A stretch of DNA of 64,000 nucleotides from an uncultured Bacteroidales bacterium (GTDB lineage Bacteria; Bacteroidota; Bacteroidia; Bacteroidales; CAIWKO01). The notes beneath the pieces are model-generated. The model was not told the origin of the DNA. It did not search any database and worked only from the letters and a program-made list of their open reading frames with translations. Position 1 is the stretch's first letter; each line of letters starts with the position of its first letter. A program made the position numbers and the translations under genes. The stretch lies in NCBI GenBank assembly GCA_964469155.1, contig CAYXXU010000006.1, positions 7,591 through 71,590 on the forward strand, in the 5' to 3' direction. Shown here in pieces: positions 60,829 through 64,000 of the stretch.

Positions 60829-60961
60829 GGGCGCCCCCTCCTGCGTTGGGCCGGGCGTCCGCTACAAGTCCTCGTTCCGCTACGCTCCACTGTGGGCTTT
60901 CCGCTACCATCCCTGGCGCTGGGGGCAAACAGCCTGCCTCTTAATCAGAGGCACATCGCCC
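60829..60961 (-). repeat. Dispersed ~130-bp structured element, copy 2 (inverted)
   Basis: Reverse complement matches 22020-22148. Confidence 0.85.
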
Positions 60962-61089
60962 GTCAATCATCCTCAAATCCTGACAGGGTGACTATGAAAA
61001 GGCATGTGTGTAGGAAATCCACCCTGTCAATAACACAAATGTCCCAATTGTTCCACTAAATTTCTTATAAAATTACATAACCGACCGCT

Positions 61090-61236
61090 ATGTTGCAAAA
61101 TCCTTACGCCATGTTGCTAAATCCTTAAGCCATGTTGCAAAGACCGTACGCCAAGTTGCGGAGACCGTACGCCAAGTTGCTAAATCCGTGCGCCAAGTTG
61201 CAAAGATCGTGCGCCATGTTGCAACAACCGTGCGCA
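61090..61236. repeat. Tandem array of 7 x 21-bp units, consensus AWGTTGCAAADWCCGTRCGCC
   Basis: Units at 61090, 61111 ... 61216 with no indels. Confidence 0.92.
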
Positions 61237-61285
61237 AGTTTCTAACTCCAAACTATCGGCATTCCGAACTCCAAACTTCTATTTA

Positions 61286-61373
61286 ATGTCGCCCCGCTGG
61301 GGCTTTTGGTTTGGGGTGGCCAATTAACCACGGGCGATGCCCGTGGCTACCAATATGTCGCCCCTCTGGGGCT
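61286..61373. repeat. REP/BIME-like element
   Basis: ATGTCGCCCCNCTGGGGCT at 61286 and 61355 flank palindrome CCACGGGC-GAT-GCCCGTGG (61328-61346). Confidence 0.8.
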
Positions 61374-61477
61374 GTTAAACTTCAAACTTCATCATTCCTT
61401 GTTCGATAACTTGTCCGCACACGAAGTGTCGGAATTCGATATTTCTTCAAATATCTTCTCAGTGCTCCTTTGTGTTC

Positions 61478-61696
61478 TTAGTGTCTTCGTGGTTTTTCTT
61501 CGGTCTTCCGGCTTCGGTCTTCCAACTTCCCAATCTTCTCCAATTCCTTATAAAACCCGCATTCGCCACAGTCGGAGGAGCAACCTCCGCAGATGTCATC
61601 TTTTTTGGGCTTGCGGCGGAAGCGTTTCACAATCAGATATAAGGCTGCTGCGAGGGCTGCAAAGAAAATAGCGAGTGTAATAATAAGTTGTGTCAT
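61478..61696 (-). CDS. FeoB-associated Cys-rich membrane protein
   Basis: Single TM then CGGCSSDCGEC; directly downstream of feoB. Confidence 0.8.
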   Translation of the reverse strand: MTQLIITLAIFFAALAAALYLIVKRFRRKPKKDDICGGCSSDCGECGFYKELEKIGKLEDRSRKTEEKPRRH

Positions 61697-61699
61697 TTT

Positions 61700-61914
61700 T
61701 TTTAGGCTTGAGACTTTTTGGTGTTAGACTTTTAAGCTCTTAAATGTCAATAGTAGTCGTTGATAGTCATTTATTGTCATTAGTTGAACAGGGTTAACAA
61801 TGTAACAATAAAACAATGTAACCATTCATTCTTCCCTTCTTCCTCTTTTATTTTCAAATTTTCAAATTGTATAATTTTCAAATTCCTTATTCGGTCTTCG
61901 GACTCCGGTCTTCC
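61700..61914 (-). repeat. Ordered mosaic of short tandem repeats (same module order as 59340-59612)
   Basis: Minus strand: GGAAGAC 7-mers, AATTTGAA/AATTATAC, ATTGTTAC, AATGAC 10-mers, AAAAGTCT/AAGCCT. Confidence 0.8.
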
Positions 61915-61930
61915 AACCTTTTTTCTTTAA

Positions 61931-64000
61931 TTACAAAAACAAACTCCCCACCTGGTTCACCAAAAACGCCAGCAACCAAGCCAGCCCGAAAGAATAGAAG
62001 GCCGAAAATGCGCTCCAGCGCCAGCTTCCGGTTTCTTTGCGTATGGCCTGCAGTGTCCCTATGCAGGGAATGTAGAGTAGCACAAACAACATAAAGGCGA
62101 GGGCGACGGCCGGATTGAATATTTTTTGGCCCATGCGGGGACCATATTTGTAGGTTTGCGTTTTGATGCGGTTGACCAAGGTGTGGTTGTCGGCATCGTT
62201 CACATTGTCCACCTGGTAGAGCACCGAAAGCGAACTGACGATGATCTCTTTGGCCGGAATGCCCGACAGAATGCAGATGCCAATGCGCCAGTCGAAGCCC
62301 AGGGGTTTGATGACAGGCTCGATCGCATGCCCGAAAGTGCCCAGGTACGACAACTCTTTTTGTTCGCTCTTTTTGGCCAGCAGCAGCACGGCTATGTCCT
62401 TTTGTTTCTGCTGAGCCATGGTGGCCAGCGAATCTTTGTTCATGAGGGGATGGGCGCTGGAAAAACCGGCATATTTATGGTCGATGGCCGCGAGTTCGGC
62501 ATCGTAATCGCGGGAATATTTCACATGCAGCGGAAAATAGCTCAGCGCCCAGAAAATGACCGAAGATATGAGTATCACGCCGCCTATCTTTTTGATATAT
62601 TGCGAGGATTTCTCCCACATGTTTTTCATGATCACTTTGCCCGAGGGGGGGCGGTAGGGCGGAAGCTCCATCACAAAGGGATGTTCGTGCGCCCTGACGA
62701 TGAAACGTTTCAGCAAAAGGGCGGTGAGTATGGCGATGAGGATGCCCGTGAAATAAATGATAAATAGTATGGTGCCCGAATAGCCCGAAAAGAAAGCCGC
62801 GATGAACAGGATATAGACGGGCAGTCGTGCATTGCACGAAATGAAAGGATTGATGAGTATGGTGATGAGGCGTTCTTTTTTGTTTTCGAGCATGCGGCTT
62901 GCCAGTATGGCGGGTACATTGCATCCGAAACCCATTACCAGCGGGATGAAAGATTTGCCGTGAAGGCCGATGCGGTGCATGATCTTATCCATGATGAACA
63001 CGGCACGCGACATATAGCCCGTGTCTTCCATGAGGGAAATAAAAAAATATAGTATCAGAATGTTGGGCAGGAACACCAGCACGCCTCCCACCCCGCTGAA
63101 GATACCATCGACGATAAGGTCTTTGAGGGTGCCGTCGGGCATGGCATGGGCGGTGAACTGCGAAAGCATGTTCACCAGCGAATCGATCCAGTGCATGGGA
63201 TAGCTGCCCAGTTTGAAGGTGGCGGTGAACATCAGCCACATGAAAAAGAAAAAGATGGGCAGTCCGAAAAGTTTATGCGTGAGAATGCTGTCGATCACTT
63301 CACTGCTTTTCTTGGTCTCTTTGGCCGATTGCAGGGTCTCTTTCAGGGCACCGTTGATGAAACCGTATTTGAAATCGGTGATGAGTTGCTCGGAATTGGT
63401 GGTATAAAGTTTTTCTATCAGTTCCTTTTCTTTCTGAACACTTTGATAGATCTTTTCATGATTGTCGCAGGTTCTCACCTGATCTTCAGAGATGGTGTCG
63501 TTCTGAAGCAGTTTGATAGCCAGAAAACGGCTGGATACCATATTCATCAACTCGGAATTTTCTTCGGTCTTCAGTTCGGTTTGAATGGCCCGTATCGATT
63601 TTTCGACCTGTTCACCATAGTTTATATGCACATGCCGCTGATCACGGTCCTTGTCTTCGTAGACATCAATAGCTGTAGACAAAAGTTTGTCGAGGTCACG
63701 GGCGCGGGATGCCGTAACAGGCACTATGGGAACACCCGTGATGATGCCGAGCGAACGGTGATCGAGTTGGTTCCCTGCTTTGTCGAAATCCTCGTACATG
63801 TTCAGGGCCATGATCACCTTGAGGTCAGAATCGATGAGGTCGGTGGTCAGATAGAGGTTGCGTTCGAGGTTGGTGGCATCCACCACATTGATGATGACAT
63901 CGGGCAGGGTGTTGTGAAGAAAATCCCTGACTTGGGTCTTTTGCACCTGGTTGCCCGACAAAGCATAGATTCCGGGCAGGTCGTACAAAGTAATATGGTA
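61931..64000 (-). CDS. feoB: Ferrous iron transporter B (5' end beyond window)
   Basis: DLPG G3 motif near the window edge, NLERNL, ALNM, EDTGYMSR, MGFGCNVPA, LYIPC. Confidence 0.95.
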   Translation of the reverse strand, partial: YHITLYDLPGIYALSGNQVQKTQVRDFLHNTLPDVIINVVDATNLERNLYLTTDLIDSDLKVIMALNMYEDFDKAGNQLDHRSLGIITGVPIVPVTASRARDLDKLLSTAIDVYEDKDRDQRHVHINYGEQVEKSIRAIQTELKTEENSELMNMVSSRFLAIKLLQNDTISEDQVRTCDNHEKIYQSVQKEKELIEKLYTTNSEQLITDFKYGFINGALKETLQSAKETKKSSEVIDSILTHKLFGLPIFFFFMWLMFTATFKLGSYPMHWIDSLVNMLSQFTAHAMPDGTLKDLIVDGIFSGVGGVLVFLPNILILYFFISLMEDTGYMSRAVFIMDKIMHRIGLHGKSFIPLVMGFGCNVPAILASRMLENKKERLITILINPFISCNARLPVYILFIAAFFSGYSGTILFIIYFTGILIAILTALLLKRFIVRAHEHPFVMELPPYRPPSGKVIMKNMWEKSSQYIKKIGGVILISSVIFWALSYFPLHVKYSRDYDAELAAIDHKYAGFSSAHPLMNKDSLATMAQQKQKDIAVLLLAKKSEQKELSYLGTFGHAIEPVIKPLGFDWRIGICILSGIPAKEIIVSSLSVLYQVDNVNDADNHTLVNRIKTQTYKYGPRMGQKIFNPAVALAFMLFVLLYIPCIGTLQAIRKETGSWRWSAFSAFYSFGLAWLLAFLVNQVGSLFL

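Noticed and set aside
61306-61671. 122-aa plus-strand ORF and 40231-40542 ORF
   Set aside because: Built from REP/heptamer repeats and antisense to real genes or remnants.

Overview
Chromosomal 64-kb window from a Bacteroidota (Bacteroidales-like) genome, judged from TAnnTTTG promoters, T9SS C-terminal sorting domains and lineage-typical gene families. It holds a heavy-metal locus (CusA start, DUF6660, two HMA proteins, TonB receptor, HYC_CC_PP), a zf-LemA-HtpX operon, pgm, a DEAD-box helicase, a cold-shock protein, GH3 and GH29 glycosidases, tmk, four tRNAs (Ser, Pro, Arg, Met), tatAC, an M4 protease, gcvT with an lpdA remnant, capD, ktrAB, sucC, lolD, thioredoxins, nnr, ettA, a sigma54-type regulator and feoB (partial). 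No CRISPR-Cas, prophage or intact IS was seen. The unusual part is the intergenic DNA. (1) Six tandem arrays with unrelated consensus sequences all keep a strict 21-bp (one 42-bp) register and mostly have palindromic cores; two flank orphan helical/FN3-like genes and one follows a tandem-HTH gene. (2) Ordered mosaics of 7-10-bp microrepeats recur in the same module order at separate loci. (3) A ~130-bp structured element is present twice, and small hairpins occur, one of them cleanly inserted into a microsatellite. Protein-level highlights are a rSAM-lipoprotein-like XYG domain fused to a T9SS signal, a stand-alone IS1595 zinc-ribbon gene with its own promoter, and LytTR-type boxes. Family assignments come from motif recognition by eye, not from database searches.
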